From the NCBI GenBank assembly GCA_030141605.1, contig JAQGDQ010000205.1, positions 1 to 64,000 of the forward strand: DNA of 64,000 bases. The letters run 5' to 3'. This stretch comes from Tubiluchus corallicola (Eukaryota; Animalia; Priapulida). Position numbers and translations under genes: made by a program. The notes beneath the pieces are model-generated. The model searched no databases, was not told the DNA's origin, and was given only the letters and a program-made list of their open reading frames with translations. This document shows, in pieces, positions 27,872 to 41,700 of this stretch. Numbering within the stretch: position 1 is the first letter of the stretch; each line of letters opens with the position of its first letter.

Positions 27872-29691
27872 TATAGTCAATTCTGCTTTAACACATATTT
27901 CTCTTGGCTGCTGCATTGCTGTGATTATAAAGCAAGTGAAAAACGTTTATGTTTATACAAATGACTACATGTTTGTGCTTTAATTTTAATATTTGGTTGG
28001 GTTGTCCCATACACATAACCTTCTTTCAGTAGCATAATTGCTAGCTGGCATATATTTGAAAAACATTTTGTGTGCTCCAGTTGTAAAGTGAATATTGATT
28101 TTTGTGTTTTGCAATTAGCACTACTTTACCAGTATGTACTTGCACTATGATATTTACTTACATGCTAGTCATAGGTTCGTACCGGTGCATAGTAAATTGA
28201 CTTTGTACTTTAATATCTTAGTTATTTGCACAAGTGCACGTGACTGTTTATTCAGAAAGAGTTTATCGCTTTTCAAGTTCTTGACCAACAGCAGTTTTCA
28301 TGTGCCAGACTGTCACAAATGCTGCTAAAAATAATTATTGATTTCTGTACCTACTGTATTGACCTTTAGATGATTGTTGTCAATTAATAATGTCTGTCTT
28401 CACTGAGACAAAAGTTGTCACAGCGTAATTTTTTTCACTGAATGCTTCTCATAACTTTGTTTATAGCTGGCTTTGCATTGGTCTACGATATTCACAGACA
28501 AATTCACCATTGCTAATTCGGGAAAGTAGTAATTGGGTGTGCCAGTGCCTCCTTATGATGGGTATCCTGAGCATTTGAAAGTGCAGTCCATCTGCAAGCT
28601 GCCAACAATTAAAGTGCCATGCAATTTTCACATAATGATGAAAGATATCTGTATCAGGCATGAAATCATTGTTTACACTAGGAAAATTTGTAAGTAAGTT
28701 GCTGACTTGCTGTAGGTACAAATATTTCTATGATAAGCTTATATTCACAAAAAATCATTTATTTATACAATGTACAACAAACTTTAAAATATTCTTCACC
28801 AACAATAGAAAATTGATTATTAATGGTTTTATTTCAGCCAAATTGTACACCTTGAATAGCTCACGCTACAGTTATCATTTGTAAAAGTATAATCAATTTA
28901 CACTACATTTAATTTACAACTTTTTGACAAAACCAAAAATATAAACTATATTGTTACAAATGCATCATATTATAAAATGGAAATTCAGCAGTGAAAACTG
29001 CCATTTCGTTGAATTTTACTTAAACTTGTCATTACAATTGCATACATATTAGCGTCTTCATCACGCACTTCACTTCAGTAAAACCGATCATCACCTCATA
29101 AACCTTAAAATTATTATAAACAAGACACTTTATTCAACAAATTAGAATAACAATTTTCACATTATTTGACAAAATATAGCAGTGCAAGTTTATTTCTGTA
29201 ATGAACACCAGTAACACAGCACATATATATACACAGAAAATTTTCAGTTTCAAGTAGGAACTCGATTAATACCTGTGGCTAGACCATAAGAAGATTAAAC
29301 TAAAGTCATCACATTATCGCATTCAAGTTACGCATATCACTGCAGTTTTGCGTGCATTAATTATTTTAAGCATAGAAACAACCATGAATACTGTAAAATA
29401 TGCATGCTTGAAAGGACTGTTATCTAGAAATAAGCAAGAAACAGTATCCAATAGAGTCAACAAATTGGCAATAACATTCTCTGTAGTATTGCGATTATCA
29501 GTGTTTTCTCATTATAAATGTACAAATCTTTTTCTACCAAATGAAGGAGACAGAAAATTCAAAGAAAAAACTTAACCTAGACCGAAAAGAAATTAAGCAA
29601 AGAAAAAACTGACTTAACAATGTTTGCATCGTACAGGCAGGGAAATACTTCTGACAGGAATAAGCTGCCACTAACATGGTTGCCAGTTGGA

Positions 29692-32600
29692 CTACACAGT
29701 TTGATACCCCTGTCTAGCATTACGCTTGCGACCTATTAGGTATGCTACAAGTACGATGACCACAAGCGCTGCCAAAGCGCAACCGACTGCAATGGGAACG
29801 ATGTCGCTCGTCTTCTCGTCAGCCGCACAATCTTCAGCTGCTGAAAATGAATCTGTATCATTGGTTTTCCTGAATGGTTCCACATGGAGGTTCCAAGTAT
29901 GCATCGTAGCATTTCCCAAGGAAATCTTCTGTTCGGCCTTGCAAAGATACGATTTGTTTATACCTGCTGTAAACTCGGTTAGATTCGTACCATCTGCCGT
30001 GTCTGCATGACCGATACGGCTCTCGTCAATGCCAGGAAACTTGTCTTTATCGTACACAAAAGAAAGCAAAGCAGACTGCATTGTAAAGGTACCACTTTTG
30101 GTGTAATTGGGATCTCGGGTGAAAATCATGTTAATGCTCCACTTATCATAGAAGTCAATCTCGATGGAGTTGGTCGTATTTCCGCACGTGCCAAGTACAG
30201 TAGTTTCATTTATGTTTGGTATGTTGACCTCAGCATGCTTAACAGTAGTTTCATTTCCATCAGTAGCATTGTATGGAATTTCAAATCGTATTGCTGCATT
30301 TAGAAGAAGACATGCCACATTATCATCTCCCACAACATAATGGTTTTCTTCCGGTTGTGGCAGAGAAGTGGGTGCAGGAGTAGTTGGTACTGGAGTAGTT
30401 ACATCGCCCGGGCAGACTGTCGCATCGCTGAATTTACCATTTTTAACATTGAAAGCTTGTATTTGTGTAGAAGTAAATGAAAACTTAACATCAGAAGCAG
30501 TCCACGTTACGGCAGACTGACAAGAGTAGGACTTATCAGATGGAGATAATGCTACACCAACTTCACCATTAGCATCCCCGGATCCATTCTCTGCATGTCC
30601 AGGAAAGCGATCGTCATCCAGTTGATATAAGAATGAAATACTGTCTAGAACCTGTTTGTAATCAACCTCAGTAAATGTGATATTAAGCTCGTACTTACCA
30701 TCGAAAAACGATAACCACAACTGTGATTCATTACCAACTGCACATCGCCCACTAGCATCCACGTCTTCAGGTAAATAGAAAACAGCGTTCTCTGTCTTGT
30801 TTTCAGTGGTTTCATATGGAATTGTAAACTCCAGTACCATGCTAGCTAAAAGACAGGTAGTGTTGTCTTCACCAGTAATGTTAAAAGTTTGTACTTTTGG
30901 TGGTGCTTCAGTAGTTGATTGTGTGGGCACAGCACTAGATGTTGTTGCTGCACTTGTAGACGAAGGAGAAGAAGTAATATCTGCAGTCGTCAAAGTAGTA
31001 GCATTTGTAGTTTCAGTTTCGATTTCTTCAGCGAAACATAAAAGTAAACCTACAAAAACAAAAAGCAAATGAAGTTTCACAAATTGTGCTTGATGTAACA
31101 TACAACCAGGGTGCTTGTTATGATGCTAGTAGGGATACTACCTTTCGATAAGCCCAATATACACGCTAATTTACCTTAGAATCTTTGTTTATAGCATTTT
31201 TGTTATATTTCTGTTTTCGGTAAAAAAATTATGAGTCGCATTACCAACGCACTTGCCTTTTAGTCTGGTGCCTGACTACAAATGCAAAATAATTATTTCA
31301 ACAAAAAATGCAGTCTTGACTGTTTCATAGAAACACTTACTGCCGCTAATCACAAAAATAGTGTTGGCAATTATCCAAAGACTATCCAATTATCCGTCAA
31401 CTTATAGCACTGATTCCCCTTGACCTTTGACTAGAAAGTAGAGGCATTTAGTGGGTTACCAACTCGCTCAATTTTTCAGTTTGGAACTATTTGAAGTGCT
31501 TTCACTGTTGTGTATTAGAGGTGTCGCGTATTATTTTTTAATGTGCCTGAAAATGCCCAGTTTAAATGCACTCCCCAAATAAAGAATCTAATTGCAATAG
31601 CTGTCTTCATCGTTCACATCTGCAGCACAACTGGATCAACATTCTGATTACAAGTGGAGCAGAGGCTGAATGTACCAAAAGTACGAATACTTGGGAAATT
31701 ATCAAAAGTTGGGATATTATCACGCATGTACATATTTTGAGTCCTGGTATCATAAACAGTAAATTTATAAAATCAGAGACACTGTAGATATCAGGAAGCC
31801 TGTAGATTTTCAGAAAAGGAACAAATGCTACTGCTACAGACACCACCACAGACTATGGATTACTGCCATATCCCCATCAGTTTTACAATCAAAACTATCA
31901 TTGTCACCACCATAGCTGCTGACACTTCATAATCTCCACTGCTGCCACCACAGCTAATGTTCACCTAATCAATCACAAGCACCACAATTTTCGTCAACAC
32001 CATCTTCATCACATGTTTAAAAAGTAGTTTTACTTTGTGTGTTATAATTCAAAACCTCTTACAAATATAGGGGGCAAAACAGAAGTGACAACACAGTCAT
32101 CATCATCATCATACGCCCGTCACGTCTATTGTAGACATTGGGCAGGCAGAATTCTAAAATAAAAGAAATCTGCCTTCAGACAGGTAAACGCAGCAGTAAT
32201 CCAGCAAAAAAAATAGACACTGCTACGCCAGTGGCTTGTCAGCACAACTTCCGTTAAAAGACTGCAGAACACATTCAGCAGTAACAGCAATCTTGTCTGC
32301 AAGTTTTGTCCATGTTTTCAGCTATAGGTATTTTGTGGCCCACACATTAATTTTATGGCAACAGGGAACAGTATTACTGTTTCTTTTTTTAGTAGTCTGA
32401 TTCATTAAGCATGCATGGGGAGTGACACTGCTCAAAGACGTTTCTACAGAAAATCAAGTGGCCTGAGAGAATATCCAATGATGATCTGTATGACACGGTG
32501 AAGAACAATCCTTGAAGTAAACAAATCCAAGTAAGGAGACTGCATTGAATTGGGCATACACTAAGACTATGGTGACTACCTCAAGAATCTCATCTTCCTA

Positions 32601-33989
32601 TAGGATTATGCAAATTCTTGGAACAACAAAAAGCCGAGAGGGTGTCAGCTACTGACGTATATAGATATACTGCAAAAAGATTTAGTAAATACAACTCTAG
32701 ATTTGAGGGATGGATGCATCGTAGATGGTGGCAACAGATGCATGGCTTCAAAAGGTGAAGCATGTCATGTTTTAGAACGTAAAGGCACCAAGACGAAACA
32801 GCGAGTGCAAAATATCAATACTACTAGCATATGTGTCAATTAATTTGCTGTTCAGTACAGTTGCATCATGCAGATCAGCCACAATAGCATTTTCATGACT
32901 GGAAATTCTCAATATTAAAGACATGGTTAAAAACAAATATTTTCGTCAAAGCAAGGACAGCAGAGCGACACTTCAACAGGTCAAAATCTCTTCAATTAGC
33001 TTCTCTGTCTATGCCAAGAATGTGACAGATTTCACTCAACATCATTTGAAAAGTATTCAAGACAAGACAAGTTCAAAAAAGGTTTTGTAATTGTATTTCA
33101 AGGTTGAAAGGTTTGAAAACTCACGATGAGTCTACAACAGCAGAACAGACATAAAACACCATGAAAGCTCTCAGCCATTTTTTCACAGCATTGCGAGAAA
33201 GGGGAGTCTCCCACTTAGTGGGCTAGTTTCACATCAGTTATGCAATTTAAAAGCAAGTTTTAATTTTCATAAGTGCTTTATAAAATTGATTATTGTCACT
33301 TAACAATAGTTACTGCTCCGTGCTTGAAGCATCCAACCCACCTTACATAACCGGTGCAAAGAAAACAATGCGTAGTGTGTCATTTGCTCACAGCCTCAGT
33401 GTCAAGCGTTCACAGACAGACGTGGATGAATTTTCAATATTCTGCACAGTATTTTGCAAAAGCAATCAAGTGGAATTTGATTCTACCATTGTTAAATGAC
33501 TCGCGATGCCCAACAAAGTGCAAGTTATTAAATTAGCCAGCACCTTATTCATAGTGAAACAGTATTTTGACCATGTAATTCCACTTGAAAGTATAATAGC
33601 AAAGAAGCGATCATATTTTTATGCAAGGACGTAATACCTATGCACTATGGAGTCATATAAAGCCACGAAAGGCAACCGAAGCTTATATCATTATTAATTA
33701 TTATTATGTAATACCCACGTGTACAGAAAAGTGACATCTTCACTGTACTTATCACGTAATTCGTCTCGCGCAACCAAAAATGGCGATTGTAAAATGTGTA
33801 AATTTGAACAACTTAAAGACAAAAGACAAGTGTGTTTTACAGTTAGCAGCTAGTAAAATAAAGGTAATATTAGTATTTCTTGAAAAATTTTACACTGTAG
33901 AAACCTACATAGTGAAGGTTTAGTTCGACTTTAATACACTTACCAAATGCAAATAAAACCAAACAGAACAAGGGTCTTCTGTACTTCAT
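29692..33989 (-). CDS. LAMP1: Lysosome-associated membrane glycoprotein (LAMP1/2-like), 467 aa; exons 33989-33944 and 31049-29692
   Basis: Exon 1 MKYRRPLFCLVLFAF-G|GTAAGT joins in phase to TTTTGTAG|GLLLCFA-EEI to form a signal peptide. Then a Thr/Ser-rich segment, two Cys-paired LAMP domains (SYSCQS, SYLCKA) with a Pro/Thr hinge, TM IVPIAVGCALAALVVIVLVAYLIG and a cytosolic tail ending GYQTV (GYxxPhi). Confidence 0.93.
32450..32780 (+). mobile_element. RTE-clade LINE 3' fragment in the LAMP intron
   Basis: Broken translation IGHTLRL...KKPRGCQLLTYIDILQKDLVNTTLDL; same family as 39120-39450. Confidence 0.6.
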
Positions 33990-34245
33990 TTCGCAAACTA
34001 AATAACGCGTAAGCTCTCAACAATAAATGAACTAAAATCGGTATTTCCAATACGCAGCGAATTATTATGAAGTGAAGAGAGAAAATGACGCCCGTGAGAA
34101 ATTTGCACGTGATAGCAAAAGTGGGAACCACGGGCACGAAGTGTGCACCTACGCAAAACACGATTCAGCTCACTTTGTTTCCTATAACAAGTAATCTGCA
34201 CTATGGTAATACCAAAATTTAGTAAGTTATAAGTAAATTGTAACA

Positions 34246-34415
34246 ACGCCTTCAGACTAACGAGTTTTTTCACCAAGTAAACGTGTTCAGACTAAAGAGC
34301 AAAACATGCTGTGAGTTACTTTCCAACAGTAAGCGTCAATTGACACTCGATCACTATTTCTTTATTCACTGCGAGAAATGTTGAGACAGAATACTCGCTA
34401 GTCTGAATGGCGCCC
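34246..34415. mobile_element. Degenerate Harbinger-like MITE in the LAMP upstream region
   Basis: ACGCCTTCAGACTAACGAGT ... ACTCGCTAGTCTGAATGGCG inverted ends. Confidence 0.45.
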
Positions 34416-36067
34416 TAATAAACTAAATGATTATTTACCCCACACAATTCTTTCTCAGACTTCGCTGATGATTGGCTGCATAGTAATATAGGCAGTAGGC
34501 AAGTCGAGTGGTCCAAAGAAATATTATTTATTGAAAGCCCCAATCTGAGATTATGAATCATTCTGTTCTATAATGCTGCGCAAACCACTAACGCCCAATT
34601 GTCGTCCGTTTAGGCAAATCGCCATTGTGTGTTTGAAAGTAAGCATCTTGTCGACTATAAATGCTGTATAAAAATATCCACTACTACTAGTACTAGTAGT
34701 AATTTAAATAGCAAATTGTACATCTGATCTGTTATATCTTTTCATATTTGTACGGTGCTTATATTTGTATAGAAAATAGGAATTTTCATTTTTTATCAAA
34801 GTATCAATTGACATAAATGTTAGCTAGAGCATGCAGTGCCCTTTCAAATTAATTGCTTCAATTGTGTTCTTGTATATAAATAATATTCATGCTTCTTTCT
34901 TGTTGTGTTTGACATTTGTTGCTACTAGTCTATATTAATTTCTTTTAATTAAACTGCTCATGTAACATGAGTGTACATGGTGTGTTCGAAAATGACATTA
35001 ATAATTATCCATAAAATTATGTCCAGCGCGGTGCACAATACACGTTTGAATGGCTAGTATGTAGAAGTCACAATATCAATAAAATTTGTCATGTATGTAC
35101 TGTTAGAAAAAGTGAACGATTTATCCTTTGTTTAACTGAATAATTTTTTATTGGCTGTTTTAACTGAGAAAAAATAAAAACCACAAATCCTAATTGCAAG
35201 TTTTTACTATCCTTATGCAATGTTTCATAAAAATGCAGAACCTGTGACATTACTGTTTCAACGAGAATAATTGTTATTCATAAATTTTTATGCTGGCTGC
35301 TAAAAGGAGAAGCCATGCAAACTGTTAAATGATTGCATAAGAGCACCTGCATTTCTTCTTCATTAGTAACACTTACTTACTGACAATGTGTGACTGCACA
35401 TTGCACACTATTATTTCAGTTCAACATCATTTCAGTGTAATACACAAGGTCGGCAAATTTTAAGCTTACTAAGAATTAAATTTTGAGTTTACCACTGTGG
35501 GCTCACAGATGAGCTCTTGAGCATGTGCGCTACATCACAATTGAACAACATCTGAACTGAAAGTCTGAGAGGTACATCAGTGCTTGTCTTTTGTGTGATG
35601 CATTTTTAAGATGCAGGCGCTAATGCACAACTGTAACAAATGACGAAATGTAGGTAATGGCGAAGAACTAGCCACGGGAATGCAAAATTAAGTTTCTGTA
35701 GTAATAATCATTTCACGTAAATTATTTTTGAAAAAAAAATCATGTTTCTTTTTAATATTTTCTGGGTTAGATTATTTTGAGCAATAGTTGAAGATTAGGT
35801 CCGGTATTCCTTTGAATTCGATTTCGTAAAAATTGCGTTCCTGGATCGGTTTTGGTCAATGCCTAACTTGAAAAGATAACTTGCAGTTCGTTAACAAGTT
35901 CGGAAATTGAGATGAGGGAAACATGGATGCGTCCTTGCCGTTGTCACTTACGCTAAATTTATCTTGATACCGGCAGATAGGTGGATGGGACGCCACACAT
36001 GAAGTCAAAGTCTGTTTTGTTTAGATTCGGCAAACTGTTAAGTAGAAACATCCGTGGGTTATACAGA

Positions 36068-38730
36068 ATGCGTAAAATGCTGTTAAAAGTTGCACTTTAT
36101 GGGTTGTTATTGTTAACTTTGTACGTGTATTTTAAATTGTCTTTTGTATTGACTTTGCTGACTTGTCTAGCAATTTATGTTGCTACCGGAGGATGGAAAT
36201 TTTTGCTGATTTCGTTAGTTACTTTTCCAAGAGATTTAATGTAAGTATAACTCATGTTTCTTTGCAAACCGCTTCGCAAGGTGTGACAAGCTGTAGAAAA
36301 AATTCTTTTTGTATAATGTCGTTGTGTTCCTTGAATTTTCTCTTGTGTTTCAGTCTCAATACTAGATACTCGGTGTCGCTTTCAGCTTCGCGGAAAATTT
36401 ATTAGTACTTCTGTTTTAAATTTAACGTTTGTAAAGATTCAAGGCGTTTTTATACTCAGACTTACATATTACTCACAAGGCCTGTACCACACGGAGTTGG
36501 AAATGATCCATAAGGCATATGCCATGAAAAAAAAAGCTGCTTCATAAAAATGAATGTATATTCTGACAATGAGCCCTATCACACAGATAATCTGTTGCTT
36601 TGACGTCTGCCACTTACATTGAGCTGCATATTATAAGCCATCACCCATAATTAGTCATTTGCTCCTTGCAAGCTATTTTAGGTGATTCATAAAATGCTTT
36701 ATTATGAAATGAATTCAAAATAACCATCAATGTATATATATATATGATGTAAACATTCTGTGATTTTTAGAATTCCATCAATGAAGTGGGCAACTATAAA
36801 GTTAATTGTTCCATCTGTTTGTCTATCAACTTTTTTGGGCTCTGCAATATTATCTCAACTCCTCAGCGAAGTAGGCAACTATAGAGTTAATCATTCAGAC
36901 TGTCTGTCCGTCAACTTTTTTGCACCCTGGAATATTGCCACAACTCCTCAATGAAGTGTGCAACTATAGAATTGCCGTTTCCGGATACCAGTCTGTCCAC
37001 CTGTTGCCGCTTTTTTTCTCAGCCCTGAAGTAATGTGGGAAGTTAATACCTTGCACAGAGACGCGCCATCATTCAAGCTTGGAGCCTATTCAATTTTGGA
37101 TCAGTCACTATCGACTTTTTTGAAGCTCTGGGTTTAATAAGTTAACAATTATACGATTATAGTATGATATGCTCACTGCTATAATAGGCCTACGCATGGT
37201 ACTATAATAAGCCTATACATGGTACTGCAACTACAGAACTGTTGGTTCTTTCTGTCTGTTCATCTGTTGCCACACTTTCTCAGCCTGGAGTAATATTGGA
37301 AGTTGATACCTCATGGGGCATCGTTCAAGCTGTGCAAGCTGTTCACAATGTGCCATGTATTATGGCACCAATGTTATGGTTATACCTGTTTAAATAGACT
37401 AATATTAATACCTAATGAATTTACAATTATCAGTGCTGACATGGTTGGACCATCGCCAGAGGGTAAATTAATCTTTGGTATTACTATTGCCAAATTTTTG
37501 CTCTCAGCATCAGTTTGGCCACACTTCAGCTATTTAATTCTGGACCAATTTATCAAATATTATGATAAAAAACAAATTTTTTTACAGATTGTTTCTGAAA
37601 TTTCCTGAAACTGGAGCAAAATTACAGAATAATAAAATTCAGTCATAACCACAGTAACTTTTTCCATTTTTGTGCATCTGTAGGTGTGAGCAGCATATCT
37701 CAAAAGGAATTAATGAAATTCACCAAAATTTGACATATGGTTTCTTCTTAACGCTAAGTCTTGCTCAAAACATTTTGTTTTTTTTTTAAGTTGAAAAGGC
37801 GAGTTACGTATTCAATGTACAGAGCACAAATTGTGCAGTACACATGAATTAACACTGATTATTCAGGGACCAGGTTGCCAATAAGTAGAGTACTAATTAT
37901 TAAGTGAAGTAGAAGTCAAGCATGCAAAGTTCAGACTATTTAGTGTCAGTTAGTGATTGCAAATTTGAGCTATAATATTTAGAAAATAAACAAAATTTTC
38001 TAGTAACTTTTGGTGATTTTGGCATAATATATACATGTCGTCCAAATTGCTAGCAGGAAATTCGCACAAATAGTGAGAAACAACTTGTCTGATTTAACCA
38101 AGTTTTGGAATTTGACAGATTTATGGTACATTAATAGCCTTGTACATAACTTGCAACTGTTTCTTATTGACATAACCAGTTTATATAAATATTCACCTAA
38201 ATGTGTCAGCTTAGATAAATATTAACCATAATGTGTGATAATATGTCAGCTTGGAATCAACTCTCATTAAAAGTTTGTGAAAAGCTAAACTGATTTAACC
38301 GATGCTAGGTCAGTTTTTTCAACCAGGGGGCACAATTACCCCCCTTAGTGAGGCTCCACACCTGTTATTAAAAGTCAATTCTGATTGAATCAAATCTAAT
38401 ACTTATGAATTTGAATTGAAACAAATTTTAAAATTTCAAATTGAATCGATCTGATTTGTAACTCAAATCAAAATTTACGTGAAATCATTTTTATGTTGGA
38501 AGATTCAATGTTGGGAATTAAATGCTAACAAAATAAATTTCAATAAAATTTGTTATTTTTCATTTAAAAAAAACTTGGTATTTGTAACTGCCCTGAATTT
38601 GCAGAGAATGTCATAATAAATGTTCCTGTTGGTAAAAGCAACATAAAATTCTAGAATTCACCTTTAACATAGTAAATACTAAATAACACTATAAAACTAG
38701 GGTTAATGTGCTTATTTTATATATTGATAC

Positions 38731-38764
<34 letters not shown>

Positions 38765-41700
38765 TTATATAATTATTTGAATGCAATCTGCTAATCTGCT
38801 GTAACCTGAGCACTAGTACTAAAGTCAAGCCAAAATAGATAATTAAATTTCAACATACATTCGCATGATTTGTTAACAGGACTACTATCATGCTAAGCTA
38901 AGATAAGATAAACATTTATTTTTTGTTGATTTTACGAATACATAAATACAAATTGCAAGAATTTATGTCACCGACGTCATGGAAACAATCAAACTACTGG
39001 AGAGGTTTGGTTTTCAAGGCTGGAATTGCATGTGATCACAAACTGTTAGACTCACATTGTTAAAATACTGATCTTTCTAGTAGCAACAATTCTGCAAATT
39101 GTACATAATTATCCCCAACAGCACATCACCATCATCAGTTTTCGTCATGCAACATAGCACCACTCATAATTTGATGCCATCATCCCCAATCTGCTGCCAC
39201 ATGCCAAGTATTAATGTCATTTAAGTCAAGTGAAGTATGTAATAAGTCTTTTTTCAGAACATCCCATATGTGATCTGCTGTCCTCCTCGAGGTTTCTTCC
39301 CAGGTATTAGTGCTTGATGTAATGCTGTAGTAAGTGGAAAATCCTGTGGCAGTCTAATGACATGTCCAATCCATCTAGGCCAGTGCTGTTGTCTGATCTC
39401 ACTCCATTCCTTCTTCTTTGTTAAATCATACTGCACAATCAGACTATTGAATGTCAGAGGTTAATAATTTTGAAAGCATTTCTGTTTAAGTTTTAAAATC
39501 CATCATTTTTCATTGCTAATACCAGTAAATTTGTAAATAAGTAAATCTAGAAAACACTTATGCAACCGCCAAATCTCGGGATGGAGATGATATTCTGAAT
39601 ACTGCGAAAAAGGAACATATGATGAAAATGGTGCGTGGGGCAAAAAAGTTGACAACCGCTGTGCTTAGTTCATTGTTGATCTTGGTATTCAAATCTTTGT
39701 TGTCTAATTTTGGTGTGTTGCTTTAAACTGATACAGCACTGATACATTTCTGTGTTCTGATATTCTCTCATATTCTTCCTTACTGTGAGGCTGCAGTGGC
39801 TTTGGCTTTTATTTCCTGCTGTGTAAGCATCATGTCATACAATTAAATTTCTCAATGCAAATATGTTGTTCATAAAATAAAAATGCCCTTGTAAAGTAGA
39901 TGACAATTCCAGAATAGTGTACTTCAGGTAAAACTGAGTGTGCGTCATTCACATTCACATAACACTAGCTTGCAGGGAAAGCAACAAAACAAAACATGGT
40001 GAAAGCTCAGAGACTGTATTATTAAATCACGTAAAATGATCAATTGCAGTGCTTAAAGTGTGCCGGATCTGTTTTTGAATTAAGACATAAATTTTGTATC
40101 CTTCATGTTGGAAAACAGTTTGAAAAACTGTCTACTGAACTGAGTTTTTTCGACCATTAATGGCCTCAAATGCCTAAAATCGTGGAAATGCATTGATTTT
40201 CCCCCCAGAGACCTGGGAACCTTTTTCTAAACAAATAGACTTTAGTTACTAATCATTTATCCTTTATTTTGTAGTTTAAATATTTAATATTTTAAAGTAA
40301 GTTTACCTTTCACAAAAGACAAAATCATCTAGAGGTTAATGTGATAAGACTTATACTTTTGTTCCGACTTTTATTTGCACTCTTTAGGGCTTTGCGGGGT
40401 TTACTGGCAACGGAATTTTTTGTTTGGAGACACATGAAAAACCGCAGCAGTATCAGCGAAATCTGGAAGAAAACTTGGTGCAAACATCCGTCCAAGATTG
40501 CATGTTATTATCAAGATGATGTATGGACATTTAAACAGGTAAAATCCTTAAGACTTTGTGTGAAGGATATTAAACATGAATATTCGAAATAGTTTTAAAT
40601 GTAATTGAATCATTTGAAGTTTCATTTAGAATGGTAATCGTATAAAACATGATTTTTACACTAAAGTATTTTGCCACATTTTGTTATACATGTACAATGT
40701 TGTATGTGTCAATTTTTACTAATAATAAACATTTGGCTCTGAGATCAGGGTGATTTTGCCACTTTGTCAGTGTTATAGCAGAAATGGCAACTATCTAATT
40801 TAGCAGCTTCGAAGGAACTGTGTATGATGGAAATAGTTAGTGTGTTTAGTGGCCCAAATTAAGCAAAGGTGAACCTAGTCACTAAATGGATGGATGCTGC
40901 TTGTAGTGAATTCCTTTGCCAAAAACACTTGTATACCTCCGGGAGAGGATGCATTCACACATGGCCATTAGGGGTGAGCATCAAACTTTTGAGTTTCTTC
41001 TCACGTGTATGGTAGGTGGGTGGATGGGTGATTGCGTGCATGCGTGTGAGGGTGTGTGTGCATGTGTATGCAGCCATGTGTGAGGATGTGCGCATGTGCA
41101 TGCGTGCGAGCGTGAACTATTGCGTATCTAGTTATTGATATTATATTATTTGTTTAGATGGAAGATTATATGAATAAAGTTGCCAACTATTTCCTAGCTG
41201 AGGGTTACAAGCCTGGAGATGTTGTGGCGCTTTATATGGAGTCACGTCCACAATTTATATGCATGTGGCTTGGTATGCAAGTGTGTCTATTAGCTCGGTA
41301 ACCTAAAATGTTTCTGTAGCTTTCAGTTGTTTATGGCTAACGTCTCTTAGACTAAGATTTATAATTGGTGTTCTTTTCACATTTAAATTTTTTCAAGGTT
41401 TGTCTTTATTAAGTACTTTCCAGATTTCTCATCTGCTGCTGTATGCAAAACTGCTGTAGAACAATGTTATTGAGGGGTACTTCCTCTTCTGTGGGATCTA
41501 ATAACCTGGTTGTTCTTTTTGGTCTTGTTTCTTTTATACGTTGCTTATGTAAAAATAAAATTATATTTGACCTAGAAAAACTTTTGATAAATTTTAAAGG
41601 AAAACCGGGCGATTGTGTAAAAATTAGTTCAGAATAAAGAATGCTCTAAACTATTGAAAACTACATAGCTTTTTTTAAATCAGAACTTAGATTAAATACC

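Noticed and set aside
28461-28721. Minus-strand 86-aa ORF as an alternative LAMP tail exon
   Set aside because: No TM segment or GYxxPhi motif, and no internal donor is evident before the LAMP TM region.
31050-31101. ORF-track start MLHQAQFVKLHLLFVFV for LAMP
   Set aside because: It is intronic polypyrimidine sequence upstream of the TAG acceptor. The exon at 33989-33944 supplies an ATG and a proper signal peptide in the right phase.
36770-37335. Repeat-spacer appearance suggesting a CRISPR array
   Set aside because: Whole units are homologous with no unique spacers, the context is a eukaryotic intron, and there are no cas genes.
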